From Octopus sinensis (taxonomy: Eukaryota), in contig NC_043015.1 of assembly GCF_006345805.1 (NCBI RefSeq), forward strand, positions 29,574,001-29,638,000: DNA of 64,000 nt, read 5' to 3'. A program made the translations under genes and the position numbers. The notes beneath the pieces were generated by a model, which searched no databases, was not told the origin of the DNA, and saw only the letters and a program-made list of their open reading frames with translations. Each line of letters begins with the position of its first letter. Positions within the stretch are counted from its first letter, which is position 1. This document shows, in pieces, positions 13,178 through 26,443 of the stretch.

Positions 13178-14129
13178 ATACACACAATTTACAAAATAAG
13201 GGCAAAAGAAAAATTCTAATGCCAAATATGCCGAAAAAAAGACAAAATTGTCAATAACCATTATAATTTATACTCATTTTATCAATAACCATTATAATTT
13301 ATACTCATTTTATCTAAGCAGAGATGAATACAGTTGTACTCTTGGAAGCTGTAGGGTCACCCGAGCATAAAAGATGAGCATTATTTGTAATTCAATGGTA
13401 CAACAGTGTAAGAGTTTGCTTTGATTGTGACTTCTGCAATGTGCTGCATAAATTGTCAAATAAATGAGAGGCATCTTTGCCTCCACTGATTCAGTTGCAA
13501 AATGTTGAGTAAAGTTATTTGATTACAGACCTCCTTTCAGTCTTTTTATTATCACTGGGTCACACATAATCCCCAGATGGTAACATTGATTTCAAGGCCT
13601 TCCCAGATGAGTGACTGGTTATTCAAAGACATTTATAGATTGTAAATCTAGTCTGTCCAGTTATGTATCAGTATAGTGGTCATTTGCAAACTCCAGAGGT
13701 GACACTTTCATTTCTCATTAGCCCTCACGTCACACAGTTGTTAACGTTTATTTCAGTTAGATCACGCCCTTCCAATTGCTATAGATTCGTAATGCATCTT
13801 ACGGCTGTACCTGTCACATGGATGGTGAGGAATCCTACATTGGGAGTGGTAACGACTAGGGTAGGGTAGTTGACTGCTTATTGTGATCATTCGTCTTTTA
13901 GTTTCCTGTAGCTCTGTTCTCTTTTACAAACCCAGTGAAAATATATTTCCTATTTCAAACAAGAGATATAAGACACAAGTTAAAAAGATTCACAATTCAA
14001 CTTCTCTGGTTGACATTAAGACATCCACCCCTAACTCTCACATTTAAGAGCTCTATGACCTCCATTTTCCAGGAACATAATCCTTTTAACAGGGTCTATA
14101 AAACTGGAATTTTGGAATATTCCCATAAA

Positions 14130-14765
14130 AATATATATACTAAACAAATACAGCAGTTATTCAATGAAAGAGTCCCAAATTTGCATACCGAAAATTTTTA
14201 ACCAACATATACACCATATAATTATTTGCTGGAATCCTTGATTTGCATACAGAAAATTTTTGACTGCTCAATAAACTCTATATATACTCAACATGTACAG
14301 CATTTAATTATTTGCTGGTGTCCCTAATTTGCATACCTAAAATTTTTAAATGCTCAATAAACTCTATATATACTCAACATATAAACCATTTCATTATTTG
14401 CTGGAATCCCTAATTTGCATACTGAAAATGTTTAACTGTGCAATAAACTCTATATATACTCAAAATATACACTATTTAATTATTTATTGGAGTTTCTAAT
14501 TTGCATAACGAAAATTATTTAACTGCTCAATAAACTCTATATATACTCGAAAATATCGAAAATATTTAACCACTTAATAAACTCTATATATACTCAGCAT
14601 GTACACAATTTAATTATTTGCTGGAGTCCCTATTTTGCATACTGAAAATTTTTGACTGCTCAATAAACTCTATATATACTCAGCATATACACCATTTAAT
14701 TATTTGCTGGAGTCCCTATTTTGCATACCGAAAATTTTTAGCCGCTCAATAAACTCTATATATAG
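14130..14765. repeat. 86-bp tandem repeat (about 7 units) carrying octamer and TATA-like motifs
   Basis: aataaactctata recurs at 14270, 14356, 14442, 14529, 14576, 14662 and 14748; ATTTGCAT at 14179, 14241, 14327, 14413 and 14499. Confidence 0.9.
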
Positions 14766-14872
14766 TCAACATATACAGCACACATACACACATACATAAA
14801 TACATACACACATACATAAATACACACACACATACATACATAAATACATACATACATACATGCATACATGCA

Positions 14873-15424
14873 TGGTGGCTGCCCTCTCGTTATCGAGTAT
14901 GGCCATTGCACGAAGCTTAATCAATGTTGTTATCGTGCAATGCCTATGCAAGAAGATCTTTTTTAAAGTGAGGAAAGGCTGTGCACTGAGTCAATCCCAC
15001 TCACTAAGCAACAGCAGCCATAATCCGAAAAGAAGAACAAGTCAACATCATCGGTAACCACTGAGCCGCAGGTTTTATGCTGGAGTTATCCCAGTTTCCT
15101 GAGTTACCTTCTCCTAGAAGGATGCCCTAACAAAGGCTAGGTGTCCTTCACTCCCAATGGTTTAACCGCGCGATCGGATATTCAATCCGATTATTTCTAT
15201 GTCCCCGCGCATGATACAGCCTTAAGACATTTATTGGATGGCCGTTCACTCTCAAGAGTTCCTCCGCCCTTTGATGGGTTTTGTTTTTCATCCCGCAGGG
15301 TGTCCAATAAACACCCTCCTCACCAAGCAAGCTCGGTGGGGTTGCCGGTTTAGTCGCCAACAACCCGACCATGCAACAGGTTGTACTGGGTTACATGTTA
15401 CCAGTAGCACTCGAAAGTGACCTG
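14873..15424 (-). mobile_element. RTE-derived bipartite non-autonomous retroelement in (TACA)n
   Basis: Minus strand has the RTE 5'UTR-like motif gggcatccttctaggagaaggtaactc...ataaaacc and the RTE-like 3' end catactcgataacgagagggcagccacc; no ORF between them. Confidence 0.6.
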
Positions 15425-16215
15425 ACATACATACATACATAAATATATACATGCATACACACACACATATATACAAACACACATACATACACACATATAC
15501 ACATACATACATACACACATACATACACACATACATACATACACACATACATAAATACATACACACATACATACATACACACATACACACACATACATAC
15601 ACACACATACATACATACACACATCCATCCATCCATACATACATACATAAATACATACACACACATGCATACATAAATACATATTACATACATACATATA
15701 TACATACTCGCATACATACATACACACATACATAAATACATACATACATACATACATACATACATAAATACATACATACATGCATACATAAATACATACA
15801 CACACATAAATACATACATACACACATACATATATACACACATACACATACATATATACACACATACATACATATATACATACACACATACATACACACA
15901 TACATACATACTTACATACATACACACACACATACATATATACATACATACACATACATACATACATAATTACATTCATACATACATACAACATACACAC
16001 ACACATACATACATAAATACATGCATACACACACACACATACATACATACATATATACATACATATATACATACCTACATACACACACACATACATACAT
16101 ACATATATACATACCTACATACATACACACATACATACATATAATTACATACATACATACATACACACACATACACACATACATACACACACACATACAT
16201 ACACACATAAATACA
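15425..16215. repeat. (TACA)n/(CA)n microsatellite
   Basis: Direct reading. Confidence 0.95.
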
Positions 16216-16475
16216 TATTTAATTCTCGAAGGAGGGATCGGTGCAGGATGTCTGTAAACGTTTTTCCATATCCATTACGTCTACTTTGTAATATTGTCCA
16301 TATACATGTAGTCATACATATCTGTATTATAATCTTTGTAATGAATATGTGTTGTGTGCACGGTGTGTGTGCTTAGACACACACATTCATTATGTGGGTG
16401 ATATTTTCAACTGACTCGCTACAGACGTATATGATTCTGCCAGTGTTTCAGTTTTGTTCAAGTACATTTATTTAC

Positions 16476-17012
16476 GGATCTTTTCGGTTTGACCGGCAGT
16501 TTTTTTTAAAAATAATTCCCACGTAACTAAACACTTTTAAACGTCGTATCCTGGTAGAATGTGTTTATAAAACATCTTTTATATGTGTGTATGTATGTAT
16601 GTATGTATGTATGTATGTATGTATGTATGTATGTATGTGTGTGTGTATGTATGTATGTATGTATGTATGTTTGTGTGTGTGTATGTATGTATGTATGTAT
16701 GTATGGCTATATTGAGAAAATTCTATAGTTTGTAAGATATTTGTTGTTGTTTTTTCTTCAATCTCTGCAATTTCAACTAATCAGTGACGTCTATTGAGGT
16801 AAAAAAAAACATTCTGTGCCGTATGAATATGTCCCTCGTTTAAGAAACAGATTGGGTTTATTTACATTTCTGAAGAAAAATAAATACCCTTCCCCCCATC
16901 CCTAACCCTAAAACAGATTGAAATGCATTAGATCGATACTAGGGTCATAATTATGGGTGACAATTTCATATGACACCACTAGAAAAAACTGCTGTTCAAA
17001 CCGAAAAGATCC
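16476..17012. mobile_element. GGATC-terminated MITE, relative of 27-372
   Basis: GGATCTTTTCGGTTTGA ... TCAAACCGAAAAGATCC with the shared subterminal ctggtagaatgtgt motif. Shorter relative at 17726-17941; right-end fragments near 38180 and 39019. Confidence 0.7.
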
Positions 17013-17131
17013 TTGTTAATATTTAAAGATCCTTTATTAATATTTATAGTGTTCTCCATTGTGTTGATGTGCCATTTTCTATCTTAAATAAAAGTGTCAG
17101 TATTTTTGACGACACGTATATACTAGTAACA

Positions 17132-17162
<31 letters not shown>

Positions 17163-18637
17163 TGATGATGATGATGATGATAATAACCTTTTTCTACAAA
17201 AGGCACAAGGGCTGAAATTTTAGAGGCTGGTGCTTGTCGATTACATCGACTCCGAAAGGATGAAAGCAAAGTCGACCTCAGCGGAATTTGAACTCGGAAC
17301 GTTAAGACTGACGGAATGCGGCTAAGCATTTTGCCCGGCGTGCTACCGATTCTGGCGACTCGCCACTCCGAAAGCGGCGACCTTAGTGGAATTTGAATTC
17401 AGAACAGTGAGCTAGAAGAAATACCGCTAAGAATTTTTTCCCGACACACTAAAAAATTCAGCCTTATACCACCCAAAGATAATAATCTTTTCTATTATTA
17501 TAGGCGCAAGCCCTGAAATTTCCCCGGGGGCGGGTGGCTAGTCTATTACTTCGACCTCTGCTCAGTTAGCCCTTTTTTCATCGACTCCGAAAGGACGAAA
17601 GACAAAGTCGACCTTGGCAGCTTTTGAACTCGAAACATAAAGATGGTCAACACCTGTAACCTTAGGGCTGGTTCTGCTCTCAGAGATAAATCATCTATAC
17701 TGTTTTGGCAGGTAGAAAGAAACACGGATCTTTTCCTTTTGAACGACAGTTTGTAACATAATTTCTAGGTAACTAAAAAGTTTTAAACTTCGTATACTGG
17801 TAGAATGTGTTTATAAAACATCATTTTTTCTCTTGGCTTTATTGAGAAAATTCTATAGGTTGCAACATATTTCGTCTTTAATTTCTTGCATTTACTACAC
17901 GATAGTAAATATATAATTTTAAAAATTAAAGGAAAAGATCCGCATTTTATCCTGATTCCTCCCTCCCTAGGTCTTTTTTTTTTAATGAAATGGATTGACG
18001 TTTCCTTTCTTATGCGGTGAATAACCACTTTGACCTCAAGGTAGTTTGAAGGTATATATAAATACGAGAGAAAAACGTGGTAGGTGTTTAATGTTGGGGA
18101 TATTCTCCATTCTGATTGGTCCTTGCAACTCGCCTATATTAAGCACGTGTGAGGAAAAGATTGATTAATAAACGAATAAACGGATACCGAAAAAAACATT
18201 TAGCAAATGTTAGAACGGATTTGACAGATAGAACGAGTTGAACAACAGGAAAAAGAGAAAAAGTGTGTGTGTATGTGAAAGAGGAGAGAGAAAGAGAGAG
18301 AGAAAGTACGGAACGGTTCTGGTTTTTCCTGTACTGAATGAGTTATTCACAAACACTTGTCAAACGTCCTTTCGTTTGTGAACCCGTAAGGTAACAAAAT
18401 AACCCCTATATGCAGATTTCAGCGTAAAGAAACGGACTTAAAGAGCGAGGAAACCCCAGGGGAAGCCATACATATTGAAATCCTTCTAAATTAGTAAGTA
18501 AATAATATTTTTGAATATATGATTTTGTTTTTTTTTTCTTAATCTCCATTCTACCAGTAAAAAACATATTTGTCTATATTACAGCTGGTTTAGTTTTTTT
18601 CTCGTTTGTCCATCGCTCGCTCTATTTTGTGTATATA

Positions 18638-18938
18638 GGTACCACTAGCGAACAGTGGTCCCGATGTACGCGCACTCGCTAGCTAGTCGTAAGTAGTCGA
18701 TCCTACAACGACTACCTTAGCAGAGTAAATAAAACGCAAAATAAATAAATTTTTTTACACGAAGTAAATAATTTTTGCTAAACAGAGTAAATAAAACCCA
18801 AAAACCCAAAGTAATTAATTATTTAAACAAAGTAAATAACACAAAAACACAAAGTAAGGATCGACTAGTCACGACTAGCTGGATCAGATGCGCACGCAGC
18901 GAGTGCGCGCACCGGGACCACTGTTCCCAAGTAGTACC
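18638..18938. mobile_element. Palindromic MITE with GGTAC termini
   Basis: Imperfect ~65-bp TIRs (ggtaccactagcgaacagtggtcccg / cgggaccactgttcccaagtagtacc) around an AGTAAATAA-rich interior; no clear TSD. Confidence 0.65.
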
Positions 18939-19742
18939 GAACATATTTATCTAGTATTTCCAAGTATGCCCTACTCCACTCATCTATTAAAGCTGGTTTA
19001 GTTTTTTCCCCCTTTGTCCATCATCGCTCGCTCTATTTGCGTATATAATATACGCATATTCATGTAAAATAACTAAATAAATAGATAAAACCATTAAAAC
19101 ACATTCCAGATGTCTGCTTTTGCTGCATGTGCCTTTTCAAGATGCTTCCCTTCCTTTAGTATTGCTGACGAAACCAATTAAAGCCTGCAATAATACTCTA
19201 TGGATTACGGGGGGGAAAAGAATTTTTGTAAAAGTAGTGTGTTATAATTGTGCTGAGCATTGCAAATCTGGCAACATTTTAGAATTTACCCGTGAGTAGA
19301 ATTAATTTTTTAAAAACCCATATCTTACCAGGGATTTTTGGCGATTTTTTTTTCCACAGACAAACCATATTTTTGATACATAGTTTGGAATCTATTTCAA
19401 ATTCATATTAAATATGAAACGTACAACATCCCTTAATTGTTACGCAAAAGCGACAACGACTGTTTAATATATGAGTATATTACCTTTTTTTTGGAGGGGG
19501 TTTCTCTTTTTTAAATGCCCGTTTTTACCCCCCCCCCATATACTGTAATTAATTCATCACAATTGCAAACGTGCAGCCTGTTATGACAAGTGGTTTATCC
19601 TGTTTATATTACAACTAGCACGCACACGTGTCTATTACTATTACTATATATACATTTTTTGCTGGTTTGGAATCGACGCAGAATCGCACCTACTTTTCAA
19701 TTTTATTCATTCATTTATTTATTTTCAAGCAAAAATCCCTTC

Positions 19743-20163
19743 GGCGATCTTTCGTCTCTAGTAGACCTTTCCGTCGATTTCCGTAAAAAAATTTTTTTTT
19801 TCTTTACATATGGGCTTGCGGGAACTTTTGAAGTTATATACATACATATACACATACACCGAGTAAAAAATTTCAGTTATCTCTTTCTTTCACACATTAC
19901 TCTGTCTCTTCACACACACTAACAGAAGCACTTCACTTACACAACATACTGTCTGTCTCCCACACCCCATCAAACACACACACATGTATATCAATGCTTC
20001 ACATGCACGGTAACTTCAAAAGAACTTCCCTCGTCATACAATCGCTTTCTCTTAGTCTCTTTCGCTCTCATTACTTCAAAAGTTCCCGCAAGCCCATATA
20101 TAAAAAAAAAAAAATTTTTTTACGGAAATCGACGGAAAGGTCTACTAGAGACGAAAGATCGCC
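19743..20163 (+). mobile_element. ~420-bp MITE with ~90-bp TIRs (GGCGATC termini), Merlin-like, copy 1
   Basis: GGCGATCTTTCGTCTCTAGTAGACC ... GGTCTACTAGAGACGAAAGATCGCC; near-match ~8-bp TSD. Confidence 0.85.
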
Positions 20164-20544
20164 AATCCTTCTGTGTAAAATGTCTGGGTCAGCATTTATA
20201 TTGTAATCTCGACAGAAACAGTTCTGCGCCTTTTTAATTCTTTTTCTATTAAAAAAAAAAACGTTTTAAGTATTAGTCGGCCTTTGGGGAAGGGTCATCT
20301 CAATTATTTGTCTATCTCTATTGCTTCACATATATATTTAATAATAATAATTAAGCTAAGCTCCCGGCGAACCGGACTCTATCTCTCACCCACTTTCAAT
20401 TTCCATTCCTAGTGGTTTTCATTTCAAATTTAATCGCTTCATTTTCTCAATTGCTATTGGAGAAATGCGTGAGTGTTACCTAATTTCATTTTCTCTCACC
20501 CAATATAATATAATTTCGTGGCGCATACGCTTTCATATATCTGT

Positions 20545-20566
20545 ATCTGCATGTCTCTATATCTGC

Positions 20567-20624
<58 letters not shown>

Positions 20625-20633
20625 GCTTATCTC

Positions 20634-20665
<32 letters not shown>

Positions 20666-20734
20666 TCTTTCTCTCTATCTGTCTTTCTATCTTACTCTCT
20701 ATCTATCTGTCTGTCTATCTATCTATCTATCTAC

Positions 20735-20812
<78 letters not shown>

Positions 20813-20869
20813 CTCTGTCTGTCTATCTATCTATCTTTCTCTCTGTCTGTCTATCTATCTATCTATCTA

Positions 20870-20905
<36 letters not shown>

Positions 20906-21002
20906 GTCTGTCTGTTTGTCTATATCTGTCAGTCTATCTCCTTATATCTATTTGTCCATCTGTCTGTCTCTCCGTCTGTCTATCTCTTTATCTCTCTCTA
21001 TT

Positions 21003-21070
<68 letters not shown>
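20545..21070. repeat. (TATC)n/(TC)n/(CA)n compound microsatellite
   Basis: Direct reading. Confidence 0.95.
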
Positions 21071-21331
21071 GGCATCAAATCCGTGTGTGTGTGTATTTGT
21101 AAATATACGTGTATAACTAGGTTTGTTTTGAGATTGGAATCTTGCTGAAGTCGATCGTCTTAACGTTTCATCCCCCTCCACCAAAGTTACGGAGGCCGGT
21201 CAGTTGCTAAAATATGGGGAGCTGACATTTCTACATATAAACGTTGTTTAGCCCCAGGGAGAGGCCGCCCTCACCAGGCAGATATGAGATCAAAACTATT
21301 CTAACCGTGACCATCCCTATTTTCCAAAAAG

Positions 21332-21742
21332 AGCAATCTTTCGTCTCTAGTAGACCTTTCCGTCGATTTCCGTAAAAAATTTTTTTTTTTACATATGGGC
21401 TTGCGGGAACTTTTGAAGTAATGAGAGCGAAAGAGACTAAGAGAAAGCGATTGTATGACGAGGGAAGTTCTTTTGAAGTTACCGTGCATGTATTGATGTA
21501 CATGTGTGTGTGTGTTTGATGGGGTGAGGGAGACAGACAGTATGTTGTGTAAGTGAAGTGCTTCTGTTAGTGTGTGAAGAGACAGAGTAATGTGTGAAAG
21601 AGAGAGATAACTGAAATTTTTTACTCGGTGTATGTGTATATGTATGTATATTACTTCAAAAGTTCCCGCAAGCCCATATGTAAAAAAAAAAAGAAAATTT
21701 ACGGAAATCGACGGAAAGGTCTACTAGAGACGAAAGATCGCC
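21332..21742 (-). mobile_element. GGCGATC MITE, copy 2 (inverted)
   Basis: Same TIRs with the interior reversed; flanks ccaaaaag / ccaaaaat give a 7/8 TSD match. Confidence 0.85.
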
Positions 21743-22122
21743 CCAAAAATTAATGAACCAAAGAGTACATGGTGTTGTTTACTACGACGGTGAGTATTTG
21801 AGGGTTATTAGGCTGCTATTTCTAGCAGATTGTAGCCTCGTAGAGGCGCTTTCATTGTCGTCGATGAAGGCGCCTTTGAAAGGATGTCCTACAACGTCAT
21901 GACGGCGCAGCAATGACGAACCTAGGTGGTCCCTCGACATCCTGGAAATAAGAGATCTCTCTCAAAACCTCACCTTTGCCGCGGTCTTAATGGGTGACGG
22001 GGAAAGGATGAACGGATATGTTTAACGTCGCTCCAGAAGTGTCTGAATAGTTGGCTGACTCAACGGAGATTAAAAACTTGCTATCACAACAGTTGGAATA
22101 AACTTCTTACACACGCACACAT

Positions 22123-22158
<36 letters not shown>

Positions 22159-22485
22159 TACATTACATCATCATCATCGTTTAACACATATATATGTGTG
22201 TGTGTGTGTGTGTATGTATATATATACATACACATATATATACACATATACATATATATATGTATATATACATATGTATATATATATGTATATATATAAA
22301 TATAAATATATGTATTTTGATTATATATACGTATATATGTATATACATATATGTATATATATATATATATGCATATATATATACATATATAGACATACAT
22401 GTATACATATATATATATGTACATATATATATATATATGTACATATACATATATATACATATATATATACATATATATATACATA

Positions 22486-22853
22486 ACAAACACCATCTGA
22501 GCGTGGTCGTTCGCCACCCTCGTCTGGCACCTGTGTCGGTGACACATAAGAAAACACCATCCGAGCGTGGCCGTCTGCCAGCCTTGTCTGGCACCTGTGT
22601 CAGTGGCACATAAAAAACACCATCCGAGCGTGGCCGTCTGCCAGCCTCGTCTGGCACCTGTGTTGGTGGCACATAAAATCACCCACTACACTCTCGGAGT
22701 GGTTGGCGTTAGGAAGGGCATCCAGCTGTAGAAACACTGCCAGATCTGACGGGCCTGGTGCAGCCTTCGGGCTTGCCAGACCCCAGTTGAACCGTCCAAC
22801 CCATGCTAGCATGGAAAGCGGACGTTAAACGATGATGATGATGATGATGATGA
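22486..22853 (+). mobile_element. SINE with RTE-type tail and internal ~62-bp triplication
   Basis: Three aacaccatc(c/t)gagcgtgg units, then the family 3' end and (GAT)n. Confidence 0.7.
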
Positions 22854-22878
22854 CATATACATAAAATATGTATATATA

Positions 22879-23081
22879 CCGTATTTGACGGCATATAGGA
22901 CGCACTTTTTTCCAAAAAATTTGACTCAAAAAATCGCCCTGCATCTAATATGCGAAGTCAAGACCCTCCCGTAGGCTAATCTTCTCCCAGACGCTCAGTA
23001 ACCTAGCTTACGATAAGTATTTCTACCTACGCTAACACCTTAATGATATTTTCCGTAGTCATGCATCATTATTTTATTGCT

Positions 23082-23133
<52 letters not shown>

Positions 23134-24887
23134 GTATTATTACTTTAAAATACGAATTATCGTTAAAATCAAAGCAATCGACCGTAAATTGTTAGGCTGC
23201 GATCCATGACACACGTTTACTAATATCAGCTGATCGGAATCCTAACTCGATGCTATCTGACGGTGAGGAGTAAAACTACGGAATGCACATGATAGTTGCG
23301 AGTTCGTGTATATACGGAGGTAGGTTGGATATCTTGGTACAACAAAGTTTATGATCATAACAAAACACACTACAACAGTACAAACACCCTCACGGCTATG
23401 GCAACAAAAAGATCAAGCTACAAAATCTCCTACAAACTACGAGTGGTAGATTATGCCAAGGAGCATGGAAATAGAGCAGCAGCAAGGGTTTTGGGGCCAC
23501 CACCTACAGAAAATATGATATGTGTCTGGCGACAGCAAGAAGAGCAGCTGATGAGAGCACAGAAAGGTAAACATAACCTTCGTTGCCCAGCCCCACATTG
23601 GCCAGAACTTGAGGATGATATAAAAACGTGGGTGCTTGATGAGAGAAACTCAGGGAGAAGTGTATCTACCAAAATGATAATTCATGAGGCCATGAGAGTA
23701 GCAGAACAACGAGGGATACAGAACTTTGCAGGAACAGAAGGTTGGTGTTACAGGTTTATGAAACGGAAGGGTTTATCAATGCGTACAAAAACATCCATTG
23801 CACAAAAAATGCCTGCTGATTATGAAGAAAAAATATTAGATTTTCATAGATTTGTTATAAATGCAAGAAAGAAAACTTGTTTTGAACTGGTCCAAATAGA
23901 GAATATGGACGAAGTTCCACTCACATTTGATGTACCATCCAACAGGACTGTGAGTGTCAAAGGGTCTAAAACGGTTTCGATAAAAACCACTGGCCACGAA
24001 AAGACCCAATATACAGTAGCTCTGGCCTGTTGTGCTGATGGCATAAAACTGCCATCTCTTTTGATATTTAAGAGAAAAACTCAGCCTAAGGATAAAATTC
24101 CAAGAGGTGTACTAGTTCATGTTCACGAAAAAGGCTGGATGGACGAAAATGGAATGAAACTGTGGTTACAAAGTATATGGTCAAGGCGTCCTGGTGGACT
24201 ATTAAGAAAACCTTCTCTTCTGGTTTGGGATCAGTTTAGAGCACATAGTACTGAAGCCATTAAAAAAAGGGTGGGAGAATTGAAAACGCAGTTAGCTGTC
24301 ATTCCTGGTGGACTGACGAGTCAATTGCAGCCTTTAGATGTGTCTGTGAATAAGTCATTTAAGCAGAACATGCGTGAACATTGGAACAAGTGGACGGCAG
24401 AGCCACATCATGCCCTCACACCCACAGGAAGAATGAAGCGGCCCACCATTGCTGAAGTGTGTGAGTGGGTGAAGAAATCTTGGGATGATGTTAGGCCTGA
24501 AATCACTGTGAAGGCTTTTAAGAAGTGTGGCATTAGAGCAATGCCCTTGATGGCACAGAAGATGATGCATTATTTGAAGACAGTGATTTCAGCAGTAGTG
24601 ATGAAGATGTTCCTTGTTTCGAAGATGATGAAGACTTTTCTGGTGTAGAAGATGATGAAGAGTTTTCTGGTTAAAAAGATGATTAAAGATGATTACTATT
24701 GTAGTTTGGATGCTTTCCTTTTGTATGCTTGCTTTTATACAGCAATGTTTTCTGCTTTTGTAATGTGCTGCTAGACTGCTTTCAACAATATATGCTTAAA
24801 TACACTTAAAACTTTTTTTCCTGAATTTGACCTGCTGAAACGAGGGTGCGTCTAATATGCCAGTGTGTCTAATATGCCGTCAAATAC

Positions 24888-24889
<2 letters not shown>
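22879..24889 (+). mobile_element. Full-length pogo-superfamily DNA transposon (Passer/POGK-like, DD35D)
   Basis: TIRs CCGTATTTGACGGCATAT / ATATTGCC-like end AATATGCCGTCAAATACGG, TA on both sides; single transposase ORF inside. Confidence 0.92.
23398..24674 (+). pseudogene. pogo transposase (Brinker-type DBD, CENP-B/Tc5 HTH, DDE_1) with a C-terminal frameshift
   Basis: Starts MATKRSSY...GNRAAAR; catalytic motifs NMDE, LVWD and LQPLD with 35 aa between D2 and D3. A 2-nt AG insertion near 24536 shifts the conserved tail SNALDGTEDDALF...EEFSG* out of frame. Confidence 0.85.
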
Positions 24890-24952
<63 letters not shown>

Positions 24953-24957
<5 letters not shown>

Positions 24958-26358
24958 GTTTATATATTTGTTGTGCAAGATTTTTTATGTGAAGTCGTGT
25001 GTTGAAACAGATATTGTTATATTCGGAATGGTCATTTTGCCAGTTTAGCCAATAAAATCACACGCACTATATATTTGGTGTTACTTTGCTTCAGTGTTAT
25101 TTATTTTTTACATTAATCTTAATCTTATTTCGGCCAGAGTTCTTTCGTCACACTCCTGTGACCTCATCAGTGGTCCTTTGTTTTCTTCTTTCATATTTGT
25201 GTGTCTCTCCTTACTAACCGTCAGCCATTTTGTATTTCTATTGTATGTCTTCATTTGCGCATGCTTATATCTCTATGTGCGTCTATGTTTATTTAGTGTG
25301 TGTGTGGGGGGATGCCTGTAATATTTGTATCTTCTGTTTATATACGTTCATGTAATTTGTTTTTGTTGTTGTTTTTGTTTATTCTTATTTTGTTCATGTG
25401 TTTACATCCCTTTATTATTATCATTACATATGCTTGTATGTATGTATGTATAACAACAATACTAGTAATAATAATAATTAAAAAATATATATATAGTTAT
25501 TTATTTCTATTTGTTAATTTATCTGTGTATTTATTATGTTGTGGTGTGTGCTATTGTTCCATTCTAGTTTTCTATTCAGGCTAGGTTTAGTTTCTATTAT
25601 GTGTGTAGCTTCTGTAATTTGTCTGATTGTTGCATCTGTTCTATGTGTGGACAATATTTTAATTTCTATGTTGTTGATTGATCCCCCGTGTTCCTGTTCG
25701 GCGTGTTGGTACAGAATGGATGAGCTTTTACCTTCCTTGAGTTGTCTCCAATGCTCATTTACCCGCTCTCCTATGCTTCTTGCCGTTTCCCCTACGTATC
25801 TCGTTGTCTTGTTACTGCATCGTCCCTCTATACATCTTATACTATAGACTACATTTCTGGCTTTACAGTTTGTGGGCTAAATCTACATACAGTACAGTAC
25901 TTATCAGGGGGTTCTACTAAAAGGATAGGTTCTACCAATTATAGATTTGATAGGGTTGCCTGGCTTTTCAACAACCTTAATCCTTAGCTCAAGTTTGTCT
26001 AGGGTCCTTCTAAAGCGGTATGCCAGTTCACCTCCAGGGGTGGTGTCAACGAACATGATACTCTGGTATTTATGGCTATCATACCAAGAGTTGGCCTTCC
26101 CTATTTTCTTTTTTGTCCTTTCTATAGTGTTCCATGACTTGTTCCTATAGAGTTAGGCAAATCCCATTCTTATCATTACATAATATATTATCAAATTTCT
26201 TCATGGCTCCTTTGTATACTCTGATCCTTTCTTTATGGCTGTAACCTGAGAACTGCATGCGGTGAATGAAATATTGTATGTGTCTCTTTAACTCTGTAGG
26301 CTCGCACATGCGTGACACATTTCTCATTATTCTGACGAGGTCTGCCATCAAAATCGTT
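24953..26358 (-). mobile_element. 5'-truncated Penelope-like retroelement (RT thumb remnant, Cys linker, C-terminal GIY-YIG, 3' pLTR)
   Basis: Minus frames give RMQFSGYS, KYCTVC and YVGETARSIGERVNEH...HAEQEHGG...ITEATHIIETKPSLN with frameshifts; hammerhead in the 3' region; ends at (TA)n. Confidence 0.85.
25132..25176 (-). ncRNA. Type I hammerhead ribozyme in the PLE 3' pLTR
   Basis: ggacca-CTGATGA-g-GTCAC aggagt GTGAC-GAAA-GAAC-TC-tggcc. Confidence 0.8.
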
Positions 26359-26410
26359 GGCGATTTTTTTCCCTCCGTCTTCCCTTCCTTGGATCTTTCC
26401 TTTTCCTATG

Positions 26411-26443
26411 TTTCTGACGAAGAGCTCCACTCGAAACGTTAAA
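26411..26443 (+). ncRNA. Minimal type I hammerhead motif
   Basis: ttt-CTGACGA-a-GAG ctcca CTC-GAAA-CG-TT-aaa; GUU triplet; same family as 10103-10136. Confidence 0.65.

Noticed and set aside
16895-16912. Telomeric CCCTAA repeats
   Set aside because: Only two units, inside a MITE; not an interstitial telomere.
23296-23397. N-terminal extension of the transposase in the ORF track
   Set aside because: It starts at a TTG; the first ATG at 23398 gives the typical start of the DNA-binding domain.
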